Part shown: one piece after another, positions 47,330-58,790 of the stretch
Layout: every line of letters starts with the position of its first letter
Numbering within the stretch: the first letter of the stretch is position 1
Source: Raillietiella orientalis
Taxonomy: Eukaryota
Assembly (NCBI GenBank): GCA_036172245.1
Contig: JAYWIR010000022.1
Span: 930,001 to 994,000, forward strand
Direction of reading: 5' to 3'
DNA: 64,000 nucleotides
The notes under the pieces: generated by a model
Databases searched by the model: none
Told to the model about the DNA's origin: nothing
Seen by the model: only the letters and a program-made list of their open reading frames with translations
Made by a program: the position numbers and the translations under genes

Positions 47330-49400
47330 TAGAGTGAGTGATTTGGCGTGTGGTTGTGTTCGGCGGCAGCCCAATGGCTGGAATGCCAAGTGACCCTGCC
47401 AGTGAAGTCCAGGGATCAGAGGCGAAAGCCCTAGCACCCAGGGCTGCGGAGGAGACCCTTGTCCCTTCCGCAGAAGAATCGACGTCCCTCAGGAGGACGC
47501 TGTGGAGCTCTGTGGCAGCGGCACCTTCTCCAGCGGCCGCGGCAGAGGCTTAGGCCTACCTCTCCTGGGGCTAAAACTCGTGCCTGAGGTACAAGGTAGG
47601 TCAACTGTAGGACCCAACTGTGGGACAGTAGTGCGTTCCTTCTCGGAGGAACTGCACAAGCTGCAGGTAAAGCAGGAGTAGCTCGTCGCCCTTTCCATTC
47701 TGAGCGGTGGGCTGACAGTCGAGGTGGCTTGGAGGAGGCGAGCTTTGCCCAAAGACTGATACACACACCGATCACAATCGGAGGGCGCAGGATCTTTTCA
47801 GTGGCGGAGGACCGCTCCGAGGTCGTGCACCTTACTGGAGTTACGGTGAGGATGCCCAAAGAAGTTGTCGTCCGTTCACTACAACAGTACGGGGCGGTCC
47901 ACGGACTGTGGTCAAAACCTAGCGTCTTGCTCGACTTCCAGGGGATGATTAGTGGGCTAGCCGGAGCGCGAGTGACTGTCCGAGAAGGGGAAGAGCTTCC
48001 CCACAGACTGGAGGACAGCAGTGAACCCATCCACCTCTTGTACGCGGGGAAGCCAAGGGTCTGCACACACTGTGGCACGTTATGTCACCTGAAGAGAAGG
48101 TGCCCCGACATTATATGCTACAGATGCGGAAAGAGCGGGCACATGAAATTCTTCCGTCCGCTCAGACCCAGCAGGCCTTCCATGAGCGCGCCTTAACGGA
48201 AAAAAAATAAAAAAAATAAAAATAGGAATAAAGAAAACAGATCGCGCGCGATTTCCCCAGAAGGAGGAAAACGGGCAGGGGATGCCAGCAAGGACTCTCC
48301 TCCTCCTCCGAGATAATTCCCATCGACGCCGAGGCAGCACAGGAGGAAGAAGGCTGGACAGTGGTGACCCGACGAAAAGAAAAACAAAAAAACATACAAG
48401 CAAAAGGAAAAATCCCGCGACTTTTGAGGCCTAAAGCTCCGAAGGCTGCGAAAGATGCTACTGATTGCGCTGTTAGGCAGGATACGGAGGTCGTTGCCGA
48501 TGAGATCAAGGACCTCGGAAATAATGGCGCGATCGACACGGGGACCATTCCTTTTAGCCTCGACGCAGCTGCACCCAACGGCGCAACAGCGAACGCCGCG
48601 ATTGTGAAGACGCCAACCGTCGGAGGCGTAACAAAGCGCGCGGCCGCAAAGGCCGGCAGGAGGGGAATCTGGAGAGCCCCAGAGGGATATCCCCAGGGGT
48701 CGGAATCCGACACCGATGCCATGAATTCTCACTTCGAATCGGAGGCTCGTCGCTCGACAGTGAGGAAGGCCAAAGTGGCTAGTACGCTCCCGGCCAAAGT
48801 CGAGCAGGAGGAAGCCTCCGAACTAGGAAGGTTGCAGGAAGGTTCGCGGGAATCCTTCGTGGAGGACACCCCGCGAACCCCTGCACAAAAGAAAGGGATG
48901 GAGGCAGAGGATGTGATTCAGATTCCCCCTCCCCACCCAGCCACCGCGCCAGTCGAGATCCTGGCGGGTGATTCGCCAGCAAATTCCCTGCAGTAATGAG
49001 TGGAATCGCGTCCTCCTGTCGCTTGCGCGTGGCCGTATGGAACGCGAACGGCCTGTGCGACGTCAGGAAAAGACGCGACAAAGCCGACGCCCTGCGAAAC
49101 TTCGACTTGGCACTCCTGCAAGAGATCCACGTGATCTCGGATGAGGATGCTGCCGACTTCGAACGGATCGCGGGCGGAAAGCTGCATTGGCAGTGCGGCA
49201 CCCGTAAGTCGAAAGAGGTGGCCATCCTGTTGAAGCCAGCCATCATGCTAGCGGTGCACAGCGTGCGGTTCGACGCAGAAGATCAGATTGGCCAGCTTGT
49301 GCTCAAGTGGTCCGACTCGATCGATGAGGAGCGGCTCCCACCTGCACAGGGAACGGAAAGACTTTTTCGACTTCCTGCAGCACCGGCTTCGGGGTTGCCA
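47330..49400 (+). mobile_element. 5' half of a Tx1/L1-clade non-LTR retrotransposon: degenerate ORF1 (RRM-like region + two CCHC knuckles) and ORF2 endonuclease N-terminus
   Basis: VVRSLQQYGAV...YAGKPRVCTHCGTLCHLKRRC...CYRCGKSGH. ORF1 stop overlaps ORF2 start (TAATG at 48994-48998). EN motifs VAVWNANGL, LLQEIH, EVAILL, ERKDFF. Truncated just before GDFN. Confidence 0.9.
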
Positions 49401-52400
49401 CCCGGTCACCCCGGAGCGTTTATTAAAATTCTCTATAAAAATCGTGGTACTAGGTCCCACTACGGTTAACACAACGCTAGACCTGCCGGGTCGCCGGTAC
49501 GCAGACCGGCGCGACTCTCCTCGGCAGCGGAAGGGGATGGGGAAAAAAAAAACAAAGAAAAATAAAACAGAAAAAAACAGAGATTTTGGAGGGCCGAGAA
49601 GGGATCACTACCCATTGGGAGGAGGGTTTATCCTTTCCAGGATGCCCTTGAGGTCCGTCCGAATTCTTCCCAGGTGGGGTCATCTGGTCACGATCCGCAG
49701 GAAGCGGACTGCGAGTTTGACGGCATCCATCTCGTTTTCTGGTCCCCTGACTTCGCTCCACGCAGCCACGATCCCTCAAACGCAGCAAAGTGCTGCCAGG
49801 GCTGTGGCTGGTCTCAGGGCATCCTGCACGAAGAGAAGTCGAAAAACGTCACTGTGGAAGCTGCCAACCGGGCCCCGTAGGGAAGTTGGAAGACGTTCCC
49901 ACAGGGGACGGAGGGCAGCACAGTCCACAATCAGGTGGGAGAGGGACTCCCGTTCCCCGCACCTGGCACAGTTAGGATCTACTGTCCCTCGTGTCCAGTG
50001 GTAGCGGTGTGCGTTGCAGAGAAGACCCCAATGCAACAGCAAAAGCGCCGACTCTGAGATACTTCAGGTCATCCGTCGGGATGCCGAGCAGCTCGCCCCA
50101 TCTCAAGAGTCCACGTGGAAGGATGCTCGGGCTCGTCGCGTCAGCCAGCTGCCCCGTGGTCCAACCGCTCATCTTCTCTCTGCCTGCGATACGGTAGGAG
50201 ACTTGCTACCTCGGCGTACGGCTGCTGAGAAGCACCTTACTCAGAAAGGGCAGCGCCGTGGCTAGGGGGGTCGTCTCTGCCCACGTGCTTCTAGCAGGAC
50301 ACTCCAATATGGTCCTCAGAGGGCAGCGAGCGTAGTTGCTGTTACGCAGCAAGTTCCATCTCTCGTTTCTCGGCTTGTTGATCTCCATCCATGTGCCAAC
50401 TGTTTCTTCCAGCCATGCGCTGGAGTTGGCAGGACTGCATACAATCCAGCCGTTTTCCTTGGCCAGTGTGGCCATGTGTCCCAGGAGGAGGCCGCATCTT
50501 CTGATCTTCCGGCCTGGACACAAAAGATAAGACGCGAGTCCTTCCGCCCTGGATACACGGCTGGCGAGGAAGCAAATCGGAACGCACCAGAGGGTGATCC
50601 AATACTTCGCTGCGATGGCCAAGGTGCGCCATCGCAGCTGGATCTCCATCCGCTCCAGCGTCAGGAGGCCGAGACCGCCGTCCCGATGCGGAGCGCAAAA
50701 GTTCTTCAACGGGACTCGGGGACTCCCGTTGCCCCCACAGGGCGATACGTAGGAGCTCCTTCGTCCGTTTCTTCAGCTGGGGGGGGGGGAACGGAGCAAA
50801 CACAAAGCAGGGGGCGGAGGATGGGAGTCGCGAACGCGTTCCAAACCGCGACCCGTTCCGTCAGGATAAACTTGCCTTCCAGGAACGGGCCGATCCCCAA
50901 CTCTACTTTTTGGAGACGACCTGACCAGGCTTATGCGAGGCAGAAGTCTCCCAACGGGACGCCCAGGTACTTAAAATACCTGTCCATGGGGATCCTCAGG
51001 CGGATCCAGTCAGACTCTCCCTCCCACGCGGAGCCATCCGGAACGACCGTAGACTTCGACCTATTGGCCCTCACGTCTGCTCGCCGAAGCATCGGCTCGA
51101 AGGAGTCCTCGAGCCTAGCTGCCGAGGTGGACATGGGCAACAAGAGAAGCAGGTCGTCCGCATGGACGGTCACGGCCAGCGTACCTAAACAAGAGCTCGG
51201 CAGGCTGGCGAGCGTCGGCCTGTACACGCCTTTAGCACCAACTCGAAGAAGATTCTGAAGAGCAGAGGAATTAAGCTGTCACCCTGACTGATAACTCGCG
51301 GCACCGGTATACCGTACAATTGGAGGCCGCTGAAAGAAACACAGCGTGACGCGCGGCGCCAGCAGGAGTGAAGGTAGGCTACGGGGTGCGCTGGAAGACT
51401 GAAACGTTCCAAGAACTCCAGAAGAAGCTCCTGGTTGGCGCAATCGAACGCATTGTGGACTCTTTAGCAGCCCTGTGCTGCCTTCGCGGGATCGTCGCCG
51501 CTTGGAGCAAGGCAACGGAAGGACCTCTCGATAAGGGTGCCATCTAGCGCGCCGCCGAATTTTTGGAGAGGGCGTCGCGATGGCCCCACCTGGATCCAGG
51601 AATACAGAGAGACGGCCACACCACGCTGAAAGCACCGTCTCTCGTTCGATCGGCGAAGTTAAGCAGCGTCGGGCCCGATCAGTACTTGGATGGGCGACCG
51701 CCTGGGAACCCCGGGTGCCGTGGACCTTGCCGGCATCCTGCGAAGGATGCAACGGCCCCAGCAGCAACAGTGATCCCTTCCCGCACCCTTCCACGTTTTC
51801 TTTTGTTTTTGTTTAGTTTTTTGTTTGTCCCTCCTTCCCCCTGCTGCCGTGGTGGACCGTACCGGTCTGCGAACCGGTGACCCGGCAGTCTCTGTGTTGT
51901 TTCTTCGGCCGTGGCTGGATCACTGGTCCAGCCGCAGCGCTTGTCAAAAGTTTGTTTTTCTAAATAAACGCCCCGCGAAAACTTGATGAAAATCGAACGC
52001 ACTGTGGAGGTCGACCGCGACCGTCAAGGCACCCGTCGTCCCCTCTTGCCAAATGCACATACGCTTGCCCGAGACAGCAGGTTTCTCGGCTACCAGGCTT
52101 TGGTGCGCAAGCCGTCGCTGCAACTCGAGCGAAAAAGAGGTTTCGAATCCATATACCGCCCAGGAACAGCATAGACTCACCAAGAACTCCGCGATCCTCC
52201 ATAGGCGCGCGATCCACAGCTTCGAGAACAACTTGATGTCCGAATTCACCAAGGTGATCGGACGCCAGCTGTTGAGGTGGCTCAAGTCTCGGCGTTTCGG
52301 CAGGAGACGCACCTTCGCTGAGCGAAATGAGGCGTGTCCCGGATCCGCGACGAGAGGCTCAGTACCAAGGGGTACATGAACTCCGCCGCGAAGCACTGGA

Positions 52401-52780
52401 AAAACTCCGTGGGCAGGCCATCCTCGCCTGGCCCCTTCCGTCTCTTGAGCCTCTCAATGACGGAAGAGACTCCCTCCGTCTTGGAGGGCTCGTCGAGACT
52501 CGCGCGTTCCTCCTCTTCGACAGCAGGGGCATCCGCCTGCAGAAGCAGCTCGGAGAGACGGCGTTCGGTCGACGCCTCCGCTTACAACGAGCATCCCAGG
52601 TTCGCCGGCGAGCAGGTTTCGCGAGTTCACGGATGCGCACATCTCGCTCACCAACTGCCTTTCCCGCAGGTGGCATCATTCCTCTGGAAGCAGGTGGACG
52701 TTGAAGTCCCCCGCAACGAGGTGCGCCACACTGGGGACGGAGTCGGCGAGCCATTGTCTCTGCAGGCCACCGAGGAATTC
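49398..52780 (-). mobile_element. Tx1/L1-clade non-LTR retrotransposon, 5'-truncated degenerate ORF2 (EN fragment, RT, zinc finger, 3'UTR)
   Basis: HLVAGDFN, GPGEDGLPTEFF, SWRPITLVNSDIKLFSK, VDLHSAFD, SQGDSLIPLLF, VHADDLL, FKYLGVPL, APHRDGGLGL, CARCGERESLSHLIVDC. AATAAA near 49418-49423. Confidence 0.92.
51460..51990 (+). mobile_element. 531-bp 3'-end copy of the same LINE family inserted antisense into the RT of the element above
   Basis: Homologous to ~8290-8826 (ORF2 tail, T-rich 3'UTR, AATAAA 51963-51968). Flanked by an 18-bp TSD AATCGAACGCA(T/C)TGTGGA at 51442-51459 and 51991-52008. Confidence 0.9.
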
Positions 52781-55700
52781 AAGAGGGTCATCAAAACTGT
52801 TTCACGAATCTCGCACACATGTTCTTCAATGGGATTATGCTTATGAATGTGTTCAGGACAGTGTATTCTTCACTCAATTTGATTCCTTATGTGAAGAAGC
52901 TTAGCAGCAACACTGGAACTAAAATCCCGAAAACTGTGTATTTGACTACTACTGAAATAGAGTTCCTTCAGATGCAATCATCGTTTATAACTGTCTTTTC
53001 AAGATGAGAACATTCTCTGTCATCCCGATATATCACTTGGGAAACTCTTGAGCATCGACAGGCATGACAAGGACGATTCGATTCTATCTCAGGAAGCGCT
53101 TTGCAACAACATATTTTGAAGGCAAATGTACCATGAAAAACAAATAAAGAACCGAAAAGGCTGCAAGAAGAACATCTAATTGAAGAATTTTCAGGAGGAG
53201 AAAGAACAGGAAAGAATGCCGCCGAAAGGACTAAAAGAGCATTTCGTCTCAAGATACACTTGTGCTTCTCTAATACCGTTTGATGATTTTGAGTGGCCAA
53301 CACACGTGCAATGCAGGGCTGCTCACCACTCACGAAGAGACCTTTTCTGCAACACTTTTTTGTTGAACGGAACCAAAAAACCGCATCTGTCTCCGTTCCT
53401 TCGATAGAATCATCATAAAACACGCCTTCAGGCTCCGTTGATCGGAACGGATCAGCTGCTTGCGTCTCAAATTTCACACCACTTAATGTGCTTGGGCCGC
53501 TTTAGGGTATGATGCATCCACACCTTTGGTACCTTGCCGGGTTCTGCATTCCAGGACTCCTGCAAATCATTTGCGAATTGAGTGAGTGAGTGGCGAATGG
53601 TTTTCTGCATACGGCGTCGTCGTTCTCTGTGGAATTTTTCTGTTTCCTCAAGAGAAAAGAGGCATTCCTAATGGATCTCCAGGAGGGTTTTCCGCCTGTA
53701 GATTCGTTCGTTGCTCGCAATCAAAACTTCTTTGAAGCACTGATTTGTTTGCAACACGCACGCACACACGCAGAATGGTTTTTGATTACAAACGGCGATT
53801 GCACTCTTCACTTGCTCACATCTTCTTCGATGAGTGGAACTGCGGATTCATTATTTTTGATTTCGAAGGGTTTTGTCAGCTCCGTCCTGCCATTGATTAC
53901 TTTCTCTGTCCTTGCTTCCTCCTTCCTCCTTACTCCCCACTGCCAGGCACGACGAAACACAAAACATACTTGTGGAGCGGATTCGAAGGACCATTTCCGA
54001 CCAGTGTCGAGCAAAAGCAGGATGACTTTGCATCCTTGTTTTGAGATGTTTTCGAAGACTGGAAAACAAGCCCTCATACACATAAGTTGCGTGGGAACAC
54101 TCGAGAATTCCGTTCAACGGGGCTGCGAGAGAGACGGAAGGGGGGGATGATGACGCAGAACTTCTGCATCAGTTTCGCAGCAGAAGTTCGATCTTTCCAG
54201 ACTCTTTTGGCGTTTCCAAACAAGCTGAATTACATCTCGAGTAGTGGAACAAGTAATTCAGGGCGCAGGCGTTTCGCGACGCTGGTCGTACTCATTATTT
54301 CTGTGCATATAACGACGGGCTGACAAAATGAGCTCTTGAAGATTACGAGAGAGAGAGAAAACCACTTCCTGTAAAGCAAAGGGTAGAACATGGCCAGAGC
54401 CAAGAAATATTGCCAGAGATTTTTTCCGCGTTGCAGCATCCTAAAGGAGTTTTCTATGCGGTGATAGAAATAACATTTTAATTATCATTTTTGCTCATTC
54501 GAAAAATTGGAAGCGGTTATTAGGAGCCGTCCAAGGGGTCACAGGGTGTTTCAATCATTCCAAGCGAGATGCACCGTGGAATGGGAACATTTTTTCAAAA
54601 TCATGATCCGCAAGCTCGTTGTCCGAACTCTGAATCCATATTTTCTGTGCCGTTTCGAATTCCGTTGGCCAACGTCTTCATAGTATTTTACAGAGGATTT
54701 TAGAAACGCTATTCCGACTTTGAAATTTTGATCCAGCTAGTAATTACAAGGTCACAAATCAATTCATCCCCGTTTTCTACACAGCTGCACCCACTCTTTA
54801 CACAACAAATAAAGTCATGTGAATTAAAAGAAGGTCATCACTTTCTTTTGCAGATGCGTTTAATACCATATGCTAAGCTTGGACCACAATCGGAACGAAA
54901 ATCGTCTCGTCACAAAAACCATCTAATCTCCTTATCCTACCTCCGGAGCGTGCTCTTACTGCCCATAATCATGTTCAACACTGATTCTCTGATTCCGAGA
55001 ACTCTTGAGTGAAATTGCTCCCGAAACCAATCGCACCAGCATCAATGCCCTTACTAAGGATGAAGTCAGTGTATTCGTACCTTTGATCCCCCTCCTCCCT
55101 GTTCATTCAGTTTGCGATCCATTGTGTATTTTGCAGACATTTCAAGTTTGAGCATCATCATTTGCTCCATTGCGTCTTCTTACTTGCGTTTCCTCTTTCT
55201 CGACGATGTTCTCTCGTCGTCAGATAGGTCGAAGTGGGAGACGCTTCGCCTTCCCCGCTACTAGCTACATCCCATTCTGTCATCAGTTTGTCGTGATGGG
55301 TCGCAAGTGCTTTCCTCTTCGTCTGATTTTCATTCTTTCCTTATCCTTCTATTGCTGTTACGAAGGAAGTCACAGTCTGGAAGTTTTACCACCTTATCAG
55401 AATTCTGATCAGAATTCTGCATCAACTATGAGGGAAACTCCACAACAGACTTGTTTGCAAGTGGAACTGGATGAAAAGTGTAGAAAGCGAGGTTTCGCAA
55501 GCCTGGATGCAAGAGAGAAAAATTTTTCGCAGAAAAAAGAAAAGAAAAGAAGAAAAGATGATGGAACCACTCAAAGGATCAATCAAGAACTTTGAAGAAC
55601 AAATGGGGGCCATTCCTTGCGTTTTCTTCCTGTTTACTGCTTCCCTATTTCATAGTTTATTGATACCGCAGGAGGCAGCCAACAGGAACTTCCGCATAGT

Positions 55701-56424
55701 CTAGATACCCCGGGATCTCATGAGTAAAAGGATCATGATCTGCAGCTGAGCCATTCAAACGAGGGAACCTTAGCCAGTCTTGCTATCTTCATCTTTGCGC
55801 CCTTCTGCCAGTTGTCTCTGGGTTGAGAAGCAAATCCATGGTCCGAGTAGGAAGTTTTGGCGTTTTTATTAACCCGATTCAGACGAACTTTAAAAACTCA
55901 CAATGGAATATGAAAAACCACGTGGTTATCATTTCTACTGACCTTCCTAGCACTGTTAGCAGCATACACCTACTTTTACGAGGAACTCTTTCAGTCCCTT
56001 CTGATTCGTGACCACGTGGGTGATGAGGGTGACTTTAGACCTCGAAATCTGAGGCTGAAGAAGGCAGCTGTCAACATTGCTCCTTACAACTATCGTGCTG
56101 CTCCTTGAAACTGCTTGAAAGCCTGGCTACGTTACGCAGCTCATCTCTCCAATGATTAGGAGGTCTCTAGGGGACACTATGAGTTCTCTTGCAGGCCCGT
56201 CCTAAGTAAAAGCTGCTGTACTCACCTGATCAGTATAGTTCTTTCTAAAGCTCTTGACTTTACAGGAGCATTCCTCTGGCAGTTTGAGGACTTGAAGTTT
56301 GCTTCCCCTGAGTAAACTCTGTCGATCTTCCGTCGGATTTCTTGGATCCTGTTCGGAGGATGAACATGAGGATCCTAACTCTAACGGCGACAGAAAGAAT
56401 ACAAACGAATGTCAGAAAACTCCA

Positions 56425-57340
56425 AGTTCTCCACGGACTTAAAATCGACTGAACCATGCTCAAAGGCTCTTCCTATGGAACCCTTCTCCACATCAGACCT
56501 CCAGGATCTCACTGGAGTATTTGCTACTACCACCAAGATCTGAGCCGACGGCGGCTTCAGGCGAGTTCGCGCCCAAACTATTTTTCTACGCGCACCATCG
56601 CGACTTTCTTTCTCGCCGGAACCTGACGAGACGTCCGAAATGCATCCGGAAGGCAGGAACGGCTCCGTTCTGGAGGCCGGGAGCAGACTCGACGCTTGAG
56701 CAACATCCATTTTCAAGACCGGTTGCTTCGGCAGGTGAGTCGTTACACACTCTTTAGCGGATTCCGACTTCCACGGTTGCCACAGTCATGCTGTCCATAG
56801 CAACCAACACCTTTCATGGGATCTGATGAACCTCGCATCGGGCGCCATATCCCAATGTTTGGTTCATCCCACAGCTCCAGTTCTGCTTACCAATATTGGC
56901 CAACTGGGTTCTCATGGATCCGACAGCCCGAGACAGCCCTTCCGCTTTCAAGCAAGCCGGACTTCTCATTCATTTCAAGTTTGAGAATAGGTTAAGGTCA
57001 TTCCGGCCCCAAGACCTCTAATCATTCGCTTTACCAGATGAGACTCCGTTCTTTTTCCGCTTCAGCGAGCGCCAGCTATCCTGAAGGAAACTTCAAAGGG
57101 AACCAACTACTAGATGGTTCGATTCGCCCCTACACCCAGCTCCTACGACCAATTCGTACGTAGGATAGCTGCTGACCTCCACCAGAGTTTCCTCTGGCTT
57201 CGTCCTGGCCAGGAATAGTTCACGATCTTTCGGTCCCAGCGTGCGCGCTACAGGTACGCTCCGAAGGCAATCGAGCGTTGCGGAACGTCCCGGGAGTGCT
57301 GATGAAACCTTGAAGAGAGGAAGAGCTTCGCATCTCATCG
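56425..57340 (-). pseudogene. 28S rRNA pseudogene fragment (about D3 to the start of D7)
   Basis: Reverse complement contains LSU cores GAGGAAACTCTGGTGGAGG, AATCGAACCATCTAGTAG, GGTAAAGCGAATGATTAGAGG, GGTAAGCAGAACTGG, GGAAGTCGGAATCCGCTAA, ACTCACCTGCCGAAGCAAC and CAGATCTTGGTGGTAGTAGCAAATA. It has many substitutions and a 7-nt deletion in the conserved GGGGCGAAAGACTAATCG motif. No flanking rDNA. Confidence 0.93.
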
Positions 57341-57959
57341 GGAAACAGAGAAAAATTTGACAGTATCAAGTTTGTTTGGAATGCCTAAGGATGCGATCGA
57401 CATCTGTTCGAGAGGCATCAGGCATAAGTAACTTGGCTGAGTAACTCGCTCCATTGGAAATGCCACAACATCCAGTGGCTAAACAGCTTTGCATTGGAAG
57501 CAAAGGAAAATTTACCATTCTGCCTCAATCTTAGATCACTGCACGGAAAGACAGGCACTAGAAAACAGAAGAGACAACACGAGAACATCTCGTTGGCTGG
57601 ATGTGTGAAGTTTTCGGAGGAATTGCAAAGACCCAGAAGGAACCTCAGGTTTTAGCCATTTTTTTCTTCTAGGAAAGTGGCTAAAACCTTTCGGAGCGAC
57701 GGTTCCTTTACGCTTTTCCGTATGGACGTGTTTGGTCGTTGTCTTGACGAGGAAAATCACGTTTGCATCAGTAACTCAGCCCACTTGCGAAGAGGAAAAC
57801 TGTCGTGTCCCCCAGGGGCGGGTCTTAGGTGTGGTTTTACCTCGAATTTTCCTTTTCCAAAGGTATACATGCTAAGACATACACAAGTGTTCATGTGTGC
57901 TGGTTTATGTACCCTCTATACTATCAGTTTTATATTCATCTTGAGATTGATGATCACCA

Positions 57960-58790
57960 GCTAAGGCTGAAGAAACTTTCAGTCTTTATAAATCCAAGGA
58001 ACGCATAGGCTCTCCTTCCGAGACATCGATTATTCAGTCCGAGTTCTGCTTCTCTGTATCCTGTTTCATACGTTCTGGCTGCACCAGGGCTGGCCGGTGC
58101 CATTCAGCTCTCCAGAGGAAACCTGGTTTGCAGATAACTGAGAAAGGAGCACTTAGATTCTGTAACGTAAGCAATACTTTTTTTTTTTTTTTTTTTTTTT
58201 TAGAATTGTGCTTCCTGCTTTTGGAAAATTACGAGATCGGGTGGAACCCTGGTGTCATCTGGAGGAAAGTCATGCCCTACCTGCCATACCCCACCAGAGA
58301 ACCCAATTTTCCCTGTGGAGAAAATTGGTCCCTCTGGAAGAAGGAAGAGGCGAAGAAGCAAACACAAGACTACAGAAAGCCGTTCTCAACATCCGATCCT
58401 CCATCATGAACTCGAGTCTTGCGTATTTTGAATTATCGCATCTGGTAACCAACTTGAAACGAGGAACAATTCGTCTTCAATTACAGAAGCATGGCATATC
58501 TTTCGGCTCTCTAAAGAAAAGTAAGAGTTATAGTGTGCTTACGTCCCGAACAACTCTTGAAAAATTCAGTTCCTTATCTGAAGAAGAGTAAGCTGAACTC
58601 CCATCCATAAGAAAAGAATGTTACTTGGTTTCCAAGAAGGAATTTCCATTCAAAAGAAAAATAAACAAAGGTGCTGAAGTAAAAATACCGACAAGGGAGC
58701 CTTCTTTTTGTAAATAAGAAACAAGGTTGCCAAGTTTCGACTAAATTCCTAGCCCAGCACCGCACTTTCGTTCCATCCCGAAGCAAGATA
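57960..58790 (-). mobile_element. Heavily decayed non-LTR RT/post-RT fragment
   Basis: Weak remnants in the expected order: KYARLEF (cf. KYLG), FLWRAEWHR (cf. FLWxG), EAELGLN (cf. GGLGL). Confidence 0.3.

Noticed and set aside
47330..52780. A single LINE with an inverted 3' half, or a twin-priming product
   Set aside because: The two EN pieces overlap by ~12 codons with different sequence (DFFDFLQHRL vs EFLGGLQRQW), and the 3' end is internal rather than external, so two elements are involved.
49288..52846. Long plus-strand ORFs (238, 260, 170 aa) as novel genes
   Set aside because: They are antisense shadows of GC-rich LINE ORF2 sequence.
56425..57340. Functional rDNA unit
   Set aside because: Only ~0.9 kb, with lesions in invariant motifs and no 18S, 5.8S or remaining 28S.
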